This document shows, in pieces, positions 37,367-46,966 of a stretch of 64,000 nucleotides of DNA. The DNA comes from Deinococcales bacterium. Its GTDB lineage: Bacteria > Deinococcota > Deinococci > Deinococcales > JAAFIG01. The notes under the pieces were generated by a model. That model was not told where the DNA came from. It searched no databases and saw only the letters and a program-made list of their open reading frames with translations. The stretch lies in NCBI GenBank assembly GCA_013298595.1, contig JAAFIG010000002.1:78781-142780 (forward strand), given 5' to 3'. The position numbers and the translations under genes were made by a program. Numbering within the stretch: position 1 is the first letter of the stretch; every line of letters begins with the position of its first letter.

Positions 37367-38760
37367 TACACCTCACCCGAAAGTAAGAAATCTTGAAACC
37401 ATCTAGCAGATTGTTTAGGAGTACGTTTTTGTGTGACAAAATCAACGTAGGTAATACCAAAACGTTTTTCGTAACCTTCTGCCCATTCAAAATTATCAAG
37501 GAAACTCCAAGCAAAATACCCATCGAGTTTCACACCATTCTGAACTGCCTCGAGACTGGCGGCTAAGTGCTGTTGAAAATACAAAGTGCGTTCAGTGTCG
37601 TGGATACTGCCATCTGCTTCGAGATGATCTTGGTACGTTGCACCATTCTCGGAAATAAAAATACTTTTTGGTTTGTAATCGTATTGTAAACGCTCGAGGA
37701 AATCGGTTAAGCCTTGTGGGTAGACTTCCCAGTTAAAAAAAGTTCGTGGCACATTTGGTAGATCAACGTATTCATAGCCCAGTAAAGTATGTGGCGCAGG
37801 TATAGCTTCAACCACAGCATCTTTGACTACGGTTCTTGTATAGTAATTGATGCCAATAAAATCTAGTGGTGCTGCAATAATTTCAAGATCACCCACTTCG
37901 ACTTTTGGTGCATAAGCCCCATACGATGCCAATGTATCAGTGGGGTAGCCTTTACCAAAAACAGGATCAAAGTACCAACGATTCTGGAAACCATCAGCCC
38001 GATGCGCCGCTGCAATATCTGCACTCGAGTTGGAGGCTGGGTAAACAGGGGCTGGATTGAGAACAATGCCAGCTTTGGCATCAGCTACATTGTTACGAAT
38101 GATTGGCATTGTAAGCCCATGAGCCAATAACAAATGATGGGTGGCTTGTAAAGAAGCAGCAAAATCGCTTTGACCAGGCGCATGAACACCAACACCGTAA
38201 CCAAGAAATGCCGAACACCACGGCTCGTTAAGGGTTGTCCAATTTTTCAGACGATCACCAAGAACCTGAGTGACTGCATTGGTATATTCAGCAAAAGCAA
38301 AAGCTGTATCACGGTTTAACCAGCCACCTGTATCCTCGAGAATCTGAGGTAAATCCCAGTGATACAGTGTTACGTATGGTTCAATACCACGCTCGAGTAA
38401 AGCATCCACAATTCGGTCATAAAATGCCATACCAGCAGCGTTGATTTCACCACGTCCATTTGGCATGACTCGAGACCACGAAATCGAAAAGCGGTAAGCG
38501 TTAAAACCCATTTGCTGCATCAGATCAAAATCGTTTTCGTAACGGTGATAATGATCGCAGGCAATATCGCCAGTGTCACCATTTTGCACTTTGCCAGGAG
38601 TTTTTGAAAAGGTATCCCAAATGCTAGGGCTGCGTCCATCTGTCGCAAAAGCCCCTTCGATTTGGTAGGAAGCGGTAGCAGTTCCCCAAACAAATTTTTT
38701 TCCAAAAAGATGTCGTTGAAATGCCGTCGTGAGTGACGGTTTATCTAAGAGTTGCGTCAT
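37366..38760 (-). CDS. GH1 beta-glucosidase
   Basis: FVWGTATASYQIEGA, the TLNEPW acid/base motif and the ISENGA nucleophile motif. Confidence 0.9.
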   Translation of the reverse strand: MTQLLDKPSLTTAFQRHLFGKKFVWGTATASYQIEGAFATDGRSPSIWDTFSKTPGKVQNGDTGDIACDHYHRYENDFDLMQQMGFNAYRFSISWSRVMPNGRGEINAAGMAFYDRIVDALLERGIEPYVTLYHWDLPQILEDTGGWLNRDTAFAFAEYTNAVTQVLGDRLKNWTTLNEPWCSAFLGYGVGVHAPGQSDFAASLQATHHLLLAHGLTMPIIRNNVADAKAGIVLNPAPVYPASNSSADIAAAHRADGFQNRWYFDPVFGKGYPTDTLASYGAYAPKVEVGDLEIIAAPLDFIGINYYTRTVVKDAVVEAIPAPHTLLGYEYVDLPNVPRTFFNWEVYPQGLTDFLERLQYDYKPKSIFISENGATYQDHLEADGSIHDTERTLYFQQHLAASLEAVQNGVKLDGYFAWSFLDNFEWAEGYEKRFGITYVDFVTQKRTPKQSARWFQDFLLSGEV

Positions 38761-41700
38761 GGTTGAACCTCTTTGGTTTGAGTGGCATACTGACCTGCTG
38801 GGATAACCAGTAACGTGCCATCAGAAAATGTAGCAGTTTTTATGCGATTACTTTGGTTAAAACCAGCATAGGTACGCTGATTTTGTTTTTGCAGGACAGC
38901 AAATTGGGCTACATCTGCGCTCATGTTCTGTACTGGCGTACCAAATTGTTCAAGACTGCTGAACCAATGAAAAATTTGGGGTTGAGAATTACCAAATTCC
39001 ACAGGTAATTCTGGGTTGTATTCTGCTTGTCCTCGAGTTGGATTTAACAAAGCTAAGTACATTGCGGCAAGGTCGTTCCAGTATCGTTGCTGCTTAAAAT
39101 TTGCAAAGTTTTCGGCAATAAAATTTGGTTTTCGAGCTAAGTATAAACTTGCACCAGTTAACGGTAAGGCGTTAATCAGATGAATTGCACCTTTTGACCC
39201 TGTCCACCAAGTCCCGTATTGCCCACCGTCTCCCCAAAGAATACCAATGGCTGAGGGTGTAAAAGCACTTGGGAAATTTTGACCAGCTGCAAACCAGTAC
39301 TGCCAAACTGCATTGGTCTCGAGTGTATACATACCTACAGCACGTTCAAGTAGCAAATCGTTACCACTGACTTCGGCATAACGAATTAACCCAGCCCAAG
39401 CGTTAATTGCTTCGCTTGAGCTTTCCTGATTAGCACCACGCATTTGTCCTCGGCTATCACCACTTGCCCATGAATGCCCAGCGTAAGCATCAAAGTTACG
39501 GGTTTTGGTAAAACTTGGGTCGTTGCTTGGTGCAGCTATTTCTCGAGCAATCACGTCGAGCAAAGTGCGATGCTTCTCGAGCCAAATAGGATCTTGGGTT
39601 GCAACACTGGCAGCAGCTTGCAAAAAGTAGCCAAAATTAAAATGATGATCGTTGAGTTGATAATCTGCACCATGTGAAGCAGGCACTGGAATCAGTGTGC
39701 CCCAACGTCCATCCCATAGCAGTGCGTGAGGCGGTGCAGGGTCAAACCATTCATCAAGTCGTTCTTTGAGAGCAGTTAATAATGTTTGCACAGCGCTGGT
39801 TTCGCCAAGTTGATTAGCAATTTCTAAGGCTTGGCTTAAACGTCCAAAATTTCGGGCATCGGTGTAGGCATCTGTGATGCGAACACTTTCAGGGGCAAGT
39901 GGAAAAAAGCGTTTGCGTTCAACAAAGGCAAGTAAAGCTGTTCGTACACTTTCTCGAGCAGTACTATTTGTGGTCAGAGGTAAATTAGGCAAAATACCAG
40001 TGTAAGCAGTACGGGTTGTAAACGAATTGGTTGTAGCAAGTTTAATCTGTCCTCGAGCGGAAATATAACTCCAAGAAGTCAAAGGCATTTGCGAATTTTT
40101 CCATTGGTGAGGATATAAACCCATGATGGTTGGCTGACTTGCAACAGTTTCGAGGCGATGCGTGGTTTCGACCATTGCCGAACTTCGCTGCCACTGCCAT
40201 GAAACGTTGGAGTCCACAGGTTTTTCTTTGTGCAAATATAAAAACGCTGTGGCTTGGAGTCGTAAAGTAGGATTTTGTTGTGCTTCTTCAGGCAGTGCAG
40301 CCACAACCAAAGTGCTACCCGTCACTGCTCTCGAGACTCCTATACCCTGCCATTGCGCTCCAAGCGAAGTAAAAAGCACATAATCACGCCCTGCAACACG
40401 AAGACCAAGAGTGTCACAAGGTACTTCTTGGCAAGAACGTGCCCAAATTTCTGGGTTTTGAGTAAAGGAAATACTTAGTGGCGCACCTGAAGTAGTAAAC
40501 CAAGCAAATGGTACACCATGCCCAAATGTTGAAGTTAATTTCGACTGTCCTGCTTGACTAACAACGCTGACAAGAAAATCACTGGCAGCATCCACTCGAG
40601 TATCTAAGAATTGTTTACCCTGTAACCCAACAGTGATATCAGGTGCAAATGGTGTGGAAAAACCGTCTTCGTTAACCTCGAGTTTAGGGTAATTCAGTGC
40701 CATACCTTTGGCTGTGGCTTGTAATGCCAAAGGATGAGCCATGAGCGCACCCGAAAACTTTTCCCAGAGCACAGAACCCCACCATGTATTGGTTGCATAT
40801 GGCGCAGCTAAATTAGCGGTTTTAAATTCTGGTTCAGGTGGTGCACGAAAATTGCCTTCACGCCAGACAGTGGCAAGATTGACCAAAGGTTTTGTGGCAG
40901 TGACAGCTTTGCGGTACACCAAACGCCAGAAACTCCGTGCAGGTAAGGCGAGATTGGCTTTAGTGGCTAAAGCAATGTCAGGTGCTTCTTTTTGTACGGT
41001 GGCATTGGTAAAACCTTTGACCCCAATTAATTCCCAGCCTGCAATGGTTGACTCGAGTGTTTGCGTAGTAGTGCTGGTATTGGACGCAATGATTGTCAAA
41101 CGATTCTCGAGTTGCGCTGCATGTAGCCACAATTGAGGATTATCTGATCGAACTTCAAAGGCTTGTCCAACAAAATGGGTTAAATGCCGAAACGCATAAT
41201 AAGTGGCCGTCGGTACACCTGAAATATCGAGTGTGCCATGGGGTCCAATCCCTTGCAGTGCAAAGTAGGTATTCAAAGTTGCACCAGCTTGTGCCATTCG
41301 CAATGTGGTTTCGGCTGCCCATAAACCCGCCAATTGATCGCCGATGTGTCTGGCACTTTCGGTGCGATATGATAACCCATACTCGGTTAAACCAAACTCA
41401 ATGGGTTTAGCAAATGCCAAAGGATTTTTAACAGGGTCTTTCCATAGTGTTATGTATTGTTCGCGTTCAATATCCACTCGAGCAATACTGGCAATAGCAG
41501 CTTCGTCGGTGGCTCTGCCATCGGTTGGATAAACATGCCAAGTTAAAACATCTATTTGGTCACCACATAAACGCACAAAATTCTCGAGAAACACCGCATC
41601 ACCTGTGGTACTCGGACCAGCAAATTTGGCGTTAGGTTGTACAGCCAAAATCGCTGCCCGATGCGCCTTAAAAGTTTGACAGTATTTCTCAGCTGTCCAA

Positions 41701-42164
41701 CTTTTGTCACCTCGAGTCACAGCGTATAAATTGGGTTCATTACCAACGCTCCAATAATCAACTCGGATATTATTGGCTAACGCCAACCGAGCCGCATTGG
41801 CTGCGTCCTCAGCCTGATTTTTGCCATTGCCTCGAGCACCTTGAAAAGCCCGAGTTTGCATAATCACCTGAGGAGGAACACCATTTTTCTCAAGCAATTT
41901 GAGATTAATAGAAAAAATCTTTAAACTCGAAGCATTCAAATCTTGGTCATCACCAACATTACCCGCAGGGAAACGCACAATAGCGGGTTGTAACTCGAGT
42001 AATGCCTTGCGGTTCTCAATAATATTCATCATATTGCCAAGATTAAATCCCCGCACGGCTTCAAGTTGAATTTGCGCTAAGGGTTTCCCTAATTCGAGTT
42101 TTGCACTTTGTGCAAAAGCCATACTCGAGAGTAAAGGCAGAGCAAGAATCCAAGATGTGTTCAT
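38757..42164 (-). CDS. Secreted two-domain glycoside hydrolase: N-terminal clan GH-A-like (beta/alpha)8 domain + C-terminal GH81 endo-beta-1,3-glucanase
   Basis: Signal peptide MNTSWILALPLLSSMAFA. N-terminal WSVGNEPNLY / LTEYG motifs. C-terminal GH81 signature NDHHFNFGYFLQAAA...FDAYAGHSWASG...GANQESSSEAINAW. Confidence 0.8.
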   Translation of the reverse strand: MNTSWILALPLLSSMAFAQSAKLELGKPLAQIQLEAVRGFNLGNMMNIIENRKALLELQPAIVRFPAGNVGDDQDLNASSLKIFSINLKLLEKNGVPPQVIMQTRAFQGARGNGKNQAEDAANAARLALANNIRVDYWSVGNEPNLYAVTRGDKSWTAEKYCQTFKAHRAAILAVQPNAKFAGPSTTGDAVFLENFVRLCGDQIDVLTWHVYPTDGRATDEAAIASIARVDIEREQYITLWKDPVKNPLAFAKPIEFGLTEYGLSYRTESARHIGDQLAGLWAAETTLRMAQAGATLNTYFALQGIGPHGTLDISGVPTATYYAFRHLTHFVGQAFEVRSDNPQLWLHAAQLENRLTIIASNTSTTTQTLESTIAGWELIGVKGFTNATVQKEAPDIALATKANLALPARSFWRLVYRKAVTATKPLVNLATVWREGNFRAPPEPEFKTANLAAPYATNTWWGSVLWEKFSGALMAHPLALQATAKGMALNYPKLEVNEDGFSTPFAPDITVGLQGKQFLDTRVDAASDFLVSVVSQAGQSKLTSTFGHGVPFAWFTTSGAPLSISFTQNPEIWARSCQEVPCDTLGLRVAGRDYVLFTSLGAQWQGIGVSRAVTGSTLVVAALPEEAQQNPTLRLQATAFLYLHKEKPVDSNVSWQWQRSSAMVETTHRLETVASQPTIMGLYPHQWKNSQMPLTSWSYISARGQIKLATTNSFTTRTAYTGILPNLPLTTNSTARESVRTALLAFVERKRFFPLAPESVRITDAYTDARNFGRLSQALEIANQLGETSAVQTLLTALKERLDEWFDPAPPHALLWDGRWGTLIPVPASHGADYQLNDHHFNFGYFLQAAASVATQDPIWLEKHRTLLDVIAREIAAPSNDPSFTKTRNFDAYAGHSWASGDSRGQMRGANQESSSEAINAWAGLIRYAEVSGNDLLLERAVGMYTLETNAVWQYWFAAGQNFPSAFTPSAIGILWGDGGQYGTWWTGSKGAIHLINALPLTGASLYLARKPNFIAENFANFKQQRYWNDLAAMYLALLNPTRGQAEYNPELPVEFGNSQPQIFHWFSSLEQFGTPVQNMSADVAQFAVLQKQNQRTYAGFNQSNRIKTATFSDGTLLVIPAGQYATQTKEVQP

Positions 42165-42232
42165 CAACAACCTCACTTGATAAGAAGACTATGTATGAAT
42201 TTCGGGTGGAACTCCAACGAAACCAATTGAAA

Positions 42233-43081
42233 TTAGCTTTTGACCGAACCAGCGGTTAAACCAGAAATTAGTTGTTTGGAAGTGAAAATAAAAAGAATTA
42301 ATAAGGGTAATACCGTAATAGCCGTACCCATCATAAAACCACCGTAATCAATATTGGTAACAGTAGTACCACCAGAAATTGTACGAATCAGGGTTTGCAA
42401 AGTACGGGTTTCATTATTACGCAGAATCAGGCTTTGTAAAACATACTCGTTCCAAACACCAATAAAAGAAATCAAACCAAGTGTACCAAGCGCAGGTCGG
42501 ATAAGCGGTAAAATAACGCGCCAAAAAATACCAAATTCAGTACAACCATCCACTCGAGCAGCGTCCATCAATTCTCGAGGAATAGCACTTTGAATGTACT
42601 GACGGGTTAAGAAAATACCAAAAGCACTTGCCATACCAGGAAACCAAAGGGCTTTTGGTTGATCTATCCAACCAATTAAATTCATGATTAAGAAAAACGG
42701 AATTAAATTAAGAGCAGCAGGAATGGCTTGGGTGGCAACAACGATATTGAAAATCCAGTTTTTACCTTTGAAATCATACATGGCAAAACCGTAACCAGCC
42801 AATGTTGAAAAGAATAAGGTTGTGATGGTTGCAACACTGGCAAGATAAAAACTATTCCAAAAAACACGCCAGAATAACCCTTTGGTCATTTCCATCAGTG
42901 CATTGTAATTACTGATAATTTGCTCAAAACTGCCAGGCAGCATTGGTGGTGGAAAACTAAAGATAACTTCTCGGCTTTGGGTTGCAAAAATAAGCATGAA
43001 ATACAGCGGAATAATCATTAATACACCACCAATAAAAATTAGTGTGTAAATGGCTAAGTTAGGCAAAGAGAATTTGGTCAT
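42233..43081 (-). CDS. Sugar ABC transporter permease (MalG type)
   Basis: EAA loop MDAARVDGCTEFGIFWRVILPLIRP; six TM segments. Confidence 0.85.
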   Translation of the reverse strand: MTKFSLPNLAIYTLIFIGGVLMIIPLYFMLIFATQSREVIFSFPPPMLPGSFEQIISNYNALMEMTKGLFWRVFWNSFYLASVATITTLFFSTLAGYGFAMYDFKGKNWIFNIVVATQAIPAALNLIPFFLIMNLIGWIDQPKALWFPGMASAFGIFLTRQYIQSAIPRELMDAARVDGCTEFGIFWRVILPLIRPALGTLGLISFIGVWNEYVLQSLILRNNETRTLQTLIRTISGGTTVTNIDYGGFMMGTAITVLPLLILFIFTSKQLISGLTAGSVKS

Positions 43082-43092
43082 GACTATTCCTT

Positions 43093-44088
43093 TTAATCGT
43101 TACGAATCTTGTTAAATATCCAGTTGTTAACTGCCGATAACGAGAAAATAATGACAAATAACACCCATGTCTGTGCAGCTGCATCGCCAACCAAGAGATT
43201 GTTAAAAGCATTGTCGAGCAAGTACATCACCGAAGTACGACCAGCATTTTGGTTACCACCACCTCGGTCAACCAAAAGGAATGCCTCGAGGAATAATTGC
43301 ATACCGCCTAGAATTGAGAAAGTAACAGCCGTAAACATGGTTGGGCGTAATAAGGGCAATGTGATGTAACGGAAACGCTCAAATTTACTTGCACCATCCA
43401 CTTCGGCAGCTTCGTATAAATCTTGTGGGATGGCTTGTAAACCTGCTAGATACAAAACAGTGTTCCAACCTGTGTAACGCCAGATCACCAGAATTGAAAT
43501 CGAAATAGGAATCATGTCTTTGTTGCCTAACCATTTAATTGGTTCGTCAGTAATAATGCTGTTTAATAAAGGTATTTTATTAAGAACTTCCAGAATAAAC
43601 CAATTCAGGAACCCATTACGTTCAGAGTACAAAACACCAAAAACAGCCGCAATAGCTGCAACCGAAGTCACAAAAGGCGCAAAATACACGGCTGTCACAA
43701 AGCCTTGCATCCGCTTCATACCAGTATGAATCATAAAAGCCAATGGAATAGCAATTAAATGTTGCGGTAAACCAGAAATAACTGCAATATAGGCGGTTTG
43801 GCGAATGGCTTTCCAAAAATCGGTGTCGCCTTTAGAAGGATCAAAAAGACCATCAAGCAAAAATTTATAATTACTTAAACCAACAAATTTCATACCACCC
43901 AAACCAGAAATAGCATCCCAGCTTGTCATAGAAACATAGATTGAAAAAATCATTGGAAAAAGACCAAAAATAAGAAATAAAATAAAAAATGGGCTAATAA
44001 AAACATATGGCGCTAAAATTCGTTGCCAACGCGTATACGTTTGAGTCCAATGTTGTGGTACTTCGGATTTAATCGCAGGACTGATCAC
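43093..44088 (-). CDS. Sugar ABC transporter permease (MalF type)
   Basis: EAA loop YEAAEVDGASKFERFRYITLPLLRP. GTG start at 44088 preferred (AAGGGG RBS). The longer ORF start at 44124 lies inside a 12-bp stem-loop. Confidence 0.8.
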   Translation of the reverse strand: MISPAIKSEVPQHWTQTYTRWQRILAPYVFISPFFILFLIFGLFPMIFSIYVSMTSWDAISGLGGMKFVGLSNYKFLLDGLFDPSKGDTDFWKAIRQTAYIAVISGLPQHLIAIPLAFMIHTGMKRMQGFVTAVYFAPFVTSVAAIAAVFGVLYSERNGFLNWFILEVLNKIPLLNSIITDEPIKWLGNKDMIPISISILVIWRYTGWNTVLYLAGLQAIPQDLYEAAEVDGASKFERFRYITLPLLRPTMFTAVTFSILGGMQLFLEAFLLVDRGGGNQNAGRTSVMYLLDNAFNNLLVGDAAAQTWVLFVIIFSLSAVNNWIFNKIRND

Positions 44089-44120
44089 GTGAAACCCCTT
44101 AAATGAACACTGGTGTTTAC

Positions 44121-44155
44121 CCAAGGCTCGAGATTAGCGCAAACTCGAGCCTTGG
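44121..44155 (-). promoter_or_regulatory. Intercistronic 12-bp perfect stem-loop
   Basis: CCAAGGCTCGAG, loop attagcgcaaa, CTCGAGCCTTGG, between the SBP and permease genes. Confidence 0.7.
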
Positions 44156-44171
44156 TACAGCGGAGGAGGAG

Positions 44172-44198
44172 GCGTTAAGAGTTAAGTACTCTTAACGC
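44172..44198 (-). promoter_or_regulatory. Intercistronic 10-bp perfect stem-loop
   Basis: GCGTTAAGAG, loop ttaagta, CTCTTAACGC, 15 nt after the SBP stop. No U-run on the minus strand, so it more likely stabilises mRNA than terminates it. Confidence 0.65.
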
Positions 44199-44212
44199 AA
44201 AGGTGTTTTGTT

Positions 44213-45472
44213 TTAACGACGAGCGCGTTTTTCGATTTCAGCGCGGGCTTCTGTAAGAGCAGCTTTGATATCTTTGCCTTCGTCAAGCACTGCGGTGAGT
44301 TGGGTGGTGACAATGGTTTCGGCTACGCTGTCGTACTTGTTGACATCAAGTGGCTTGATACGGTTCGCAGCAGCTTTCCAGAGCAAGCGTGCTTTTTGAC
44401 CACCAAGGAATTCAACGGGTTCGTTGAAGCTCGAGTCTGCCCATGCTGATTTGAGTGCTGGGAAGGCACCATTGCCACGGAAAGAAGCGATTTGTTGAGC
44501 ACGGTCTGTGGTCAAGTACTTGATGACATTCCAAGCTTCAGGCTTGTTTTTGCTGGCATTAGGAATGGTGTAGAAGCTGCCGCCCCAAGGAGCATAGGCA
44601 CCATCTGGCAAGTCTTGAACGCGCCACAAGCCTTTGGTATCTGGTGCCATCCAGTTTTGGAAGTGACCTTGTAACCATGCACCGCTGAATTGGGTTGCAA
44701 CTGTGCCACCTTTGAAGCCTTCGTACCATTCATTGCTCCACTCGCCAATTTTTGCATCGAGTTTTGCATCGCGGATTTGCTTAGCAATGGTGAATGCTTT
44801 GACCCAACGTGCGCTGTCTGGTCCAACAATAACTTTGTTATCCTTGGAGAAGAAAATACCTTCGCCAGAAGGAATATTTGAGCGCCAGATCAAACCTGCT
44901 GCACTAGCAGCACTGTTAATCAAGAAAACTTTTTTATCTTTGGCTTGGATCTTTTTACCAGCAGCAATGTAGCCTTCCCATGTGGTGAGTTCAGTAGATG
45001 AAATGCCAGCTTTGTCGAGGATATCTTTGCGGTAGAAAGTTGTACCAGGTCCAATGTCGGCTGGCATACCAATAAAGCGTCCGTCGCTGCTGGTGGCTTG
45101 TGCCACGGTGTAATCAACAAACAAACGTTGGAAGCTCTTACCGTTATAAGGTGCTTTGTTCAAATCTTCGAGACCGCCGCCTTCAGCAAATTTACCAACA
45201 AAGCCAATTTCTACAGCTTCGATATCGTGTAAACCTTGACCAGTTGCCAGTGCTGTGGTCAATGCTTGGTGGTGATCGCCGTATTGCAAAGCAGTCAATT
45301 CGATGTCGTAGTTAGGGTATTTCTTTTTTAAACCTGGCAATGCAATTTTCACAGCTTCATCGAGGCTTGGGAAAGCAGCAATGGTAATTTTTTTCATACC
45401 TGTTTGGGCGCTGACTAAACCAGCAACAGCTGCTGTGGCAAGTCCAAAAGCAATAATGGTACGGAGTTTCAT
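44213..45472 (-). CDS. Sugar ABC transporter substrate-binding protein
   Basis: Signal peptide MKLRTIIAFGLATAAVAGLVSA; about 420 aa, family-1 SBP; first gene of the transporter operon. Confidence 0.85.
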   Translation of the reverse strand: MKLRTIIAFGLATAAVAGLVSAQTGMKKITIAAFPSLDEAVKIALPGLKKKYPNYDIELTALQYGDHHQALTTALATGQGLHDIEAVEIGFVGKFAEGGGLEDLNKAPYNGKSFQRLFVDYTVAQATSSDGRFIGMPADIGPGTTFYRKDILDKAGISSTELTTWEGYIAAGKKIQAKDKKVFLINSAASAAGLIWRSNIPSGEGIFFSKDNKVIVGPDSARWVKAFTIAKQIRDAKLDAKIGEWSNEWYEGFKGGTVATQFSGAWLQGHFQNWMAPDTKGLWRVQDLPDGAYAPWGGSFYTIPNASKNKPEAWNVIKYLTTDRAQQIASFRGNGAFPALKSAWADSSFNEPVEFLGGQKARLLWKAAANRIKPLDVNKYDSVAETIVTTQLTAVLDEGKDIKAALTEARAEIEKRARR

Positions 45473-45511
45473 GGTTTTCCTCCTCAGGAATTGAATGATG
45501 GCTTAGTGCTT

Positions 45512-45525
45512 GAAACCGCTTGCAA
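45512..45525. promoter_or_regulatory. LacI-family operator
   Basis: TGAAACCGCTTGCA fits the TGnAAnCGnTTnCA consensus exactly. It lies between the LacI gene and the SBP start. Confidence 0.6.
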
Positions 45526-45562
45526 AATCAGCTTGAAATCCTCCTTTTACTTGTCCAACAAA

Positions 45563-46570
45563 TTACGAATGTCTTAATCGAGTGGTTGACTCACGAACCA
45601 CTAAATGAGGGGTAAAAATCAAAGATGGTAGTTTTCGGTGCTCGAGTAGCGACAATACCATTTGAGCTGCGGCATTGCCCATTTCCTGTCCAGGTTGACG
45701 AACAGTTGTCAGTGGCGGAGTTGAATAACTCGAGCCGAATAAATCATCAAAACCAATAATGCTGATGTCTTCTGGAACTCGAATGCCTCGGCGGTATAGG
45801 GCTAAACGCGCACCTGATGCCATTTGGTCGTTGGCTGAAAAAACAGCGGTAATACTGGTATCTCGAGTTAGTAATTGTTCCATAGCAAGTAAGCCACTGT
45901 GTTCTTGGAAATTGCCTGATACAACTAAATTAGGGTCAAAAGGGATATCGTTAGCAGCTAAGACTTGTTGGTAACCGTGTAAGCGTCCTGTCGAGTCACG
46001 ATGTGACGCTGGTCCTGCGATATGGGCAATTCGATGGTGTCCTAAGTCAATCAGGTGTTGCACTCCTGCGGCAGCACCTTGTATTTGGTCAATATGAATA
46101 CATTGATTTTCTAAGCCTTGAATGAAACGTCCAACGGCTACCAGAGGAATTTGTTGAGATAACTGCAATAAATATTGATCGTCTAAGTTGCCACCTAAAA
46201 TAATTAGGCTATCTACGCGTCTAGCGGTCAAAATTTCAATTGCCTCGAGTTCTTTATCCTGTCGCCAATGCCCAGAAATAAACATTGGATGATACACACT
46301 ATCGGCAAACCCTTGTTCGATACCTGCTAGTGTTTCGGCATAAAACGGACTCGAGATGGCTTGGGTGACAACACCAACGGTCATTGAACGTCCTTTGGCA
46401 AGGGCTTGCGCCATCACATTTGGACGATAGCCTAGCGTTGCAATGGCTGTTTCGACTTGCTTACGTTTCTCAGGGCTGACGACTGCCGTGCCATTCAGAA
46501 TCCTCGAGACAGTACTCGGGGAGACTTGGGCGATTTTGGCAACATCATTGAGTGTTCGTGTGCGAGACAC
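45563..46570 (-). CDS. LacI-family transcriptional regulator
   Basis: GTG start with a GGAGG RBS. HTH TLNDVAKIAQVSPSTVSRILNG, with a periplasmic-binding-protein-like core. Confidence 0.85.
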   Translation of the reverse strand: MSRTRTLNDVAKIAQVSPSTVSRILNGTAVVSPEKRKQVETAIATLGYRPNVMAQALAKGRSMTVGVVTQAISSPFYAETLAGIEQGFADSVYHPMFISGHWRQDKELEAIEILTARRVDSLIILGGNLDDQYLLQLSQQIPLVAVGRFIQGLENQCIHIDQIQGAAAGVQHLIDLGHHRIAHIAGPASHRDSTGRLHGYQQVLAANDIPFDPNLVVSGNFQEHSGLLAMEQLLTRDTSITAVFSANDQMASGARLALYRRGIRVPEDISIIGFDDLFGSSYSTPPLTTVRQPGQEMGNAAAQMVLSLLEHRKLPSLIFTPHLVVRESTTRLRHS

Positions 46571-46966
46571 TGGCTTTTCCTCCGTTTGGATGGTTTGATT
46601 GTGCGAAGTGTAACAGTATCTGAAAGCGCTGTCAAGAGGTTTGGTCACAAGAACAAAAATCAAGAGCAAATCAGTTTGGTGGTATCACAAAGCGCAGCTC
46701 TACTGAAGATAAATGTCTAAAAAAGTAGCTTAGAAAGTCTATTTCTCGAGTATATAACCTAAAATATATAGTGTTTTAGGCAGAGATATTTTTGTGAGCC
46801 AGATTTCTTTTTTGGATAATATCGATGGGTAACTGACAAGTGCTTTTGACTAAGTACGTACTTCAATTTATGAAAGGGCTTTCAGGCAAAATAAGTAAGT
46901 TATTTTTAACAATGCAACAGCGCACACCACAATTCTGGTAGTACCATTTTTGTAAACTGGTCAGTT

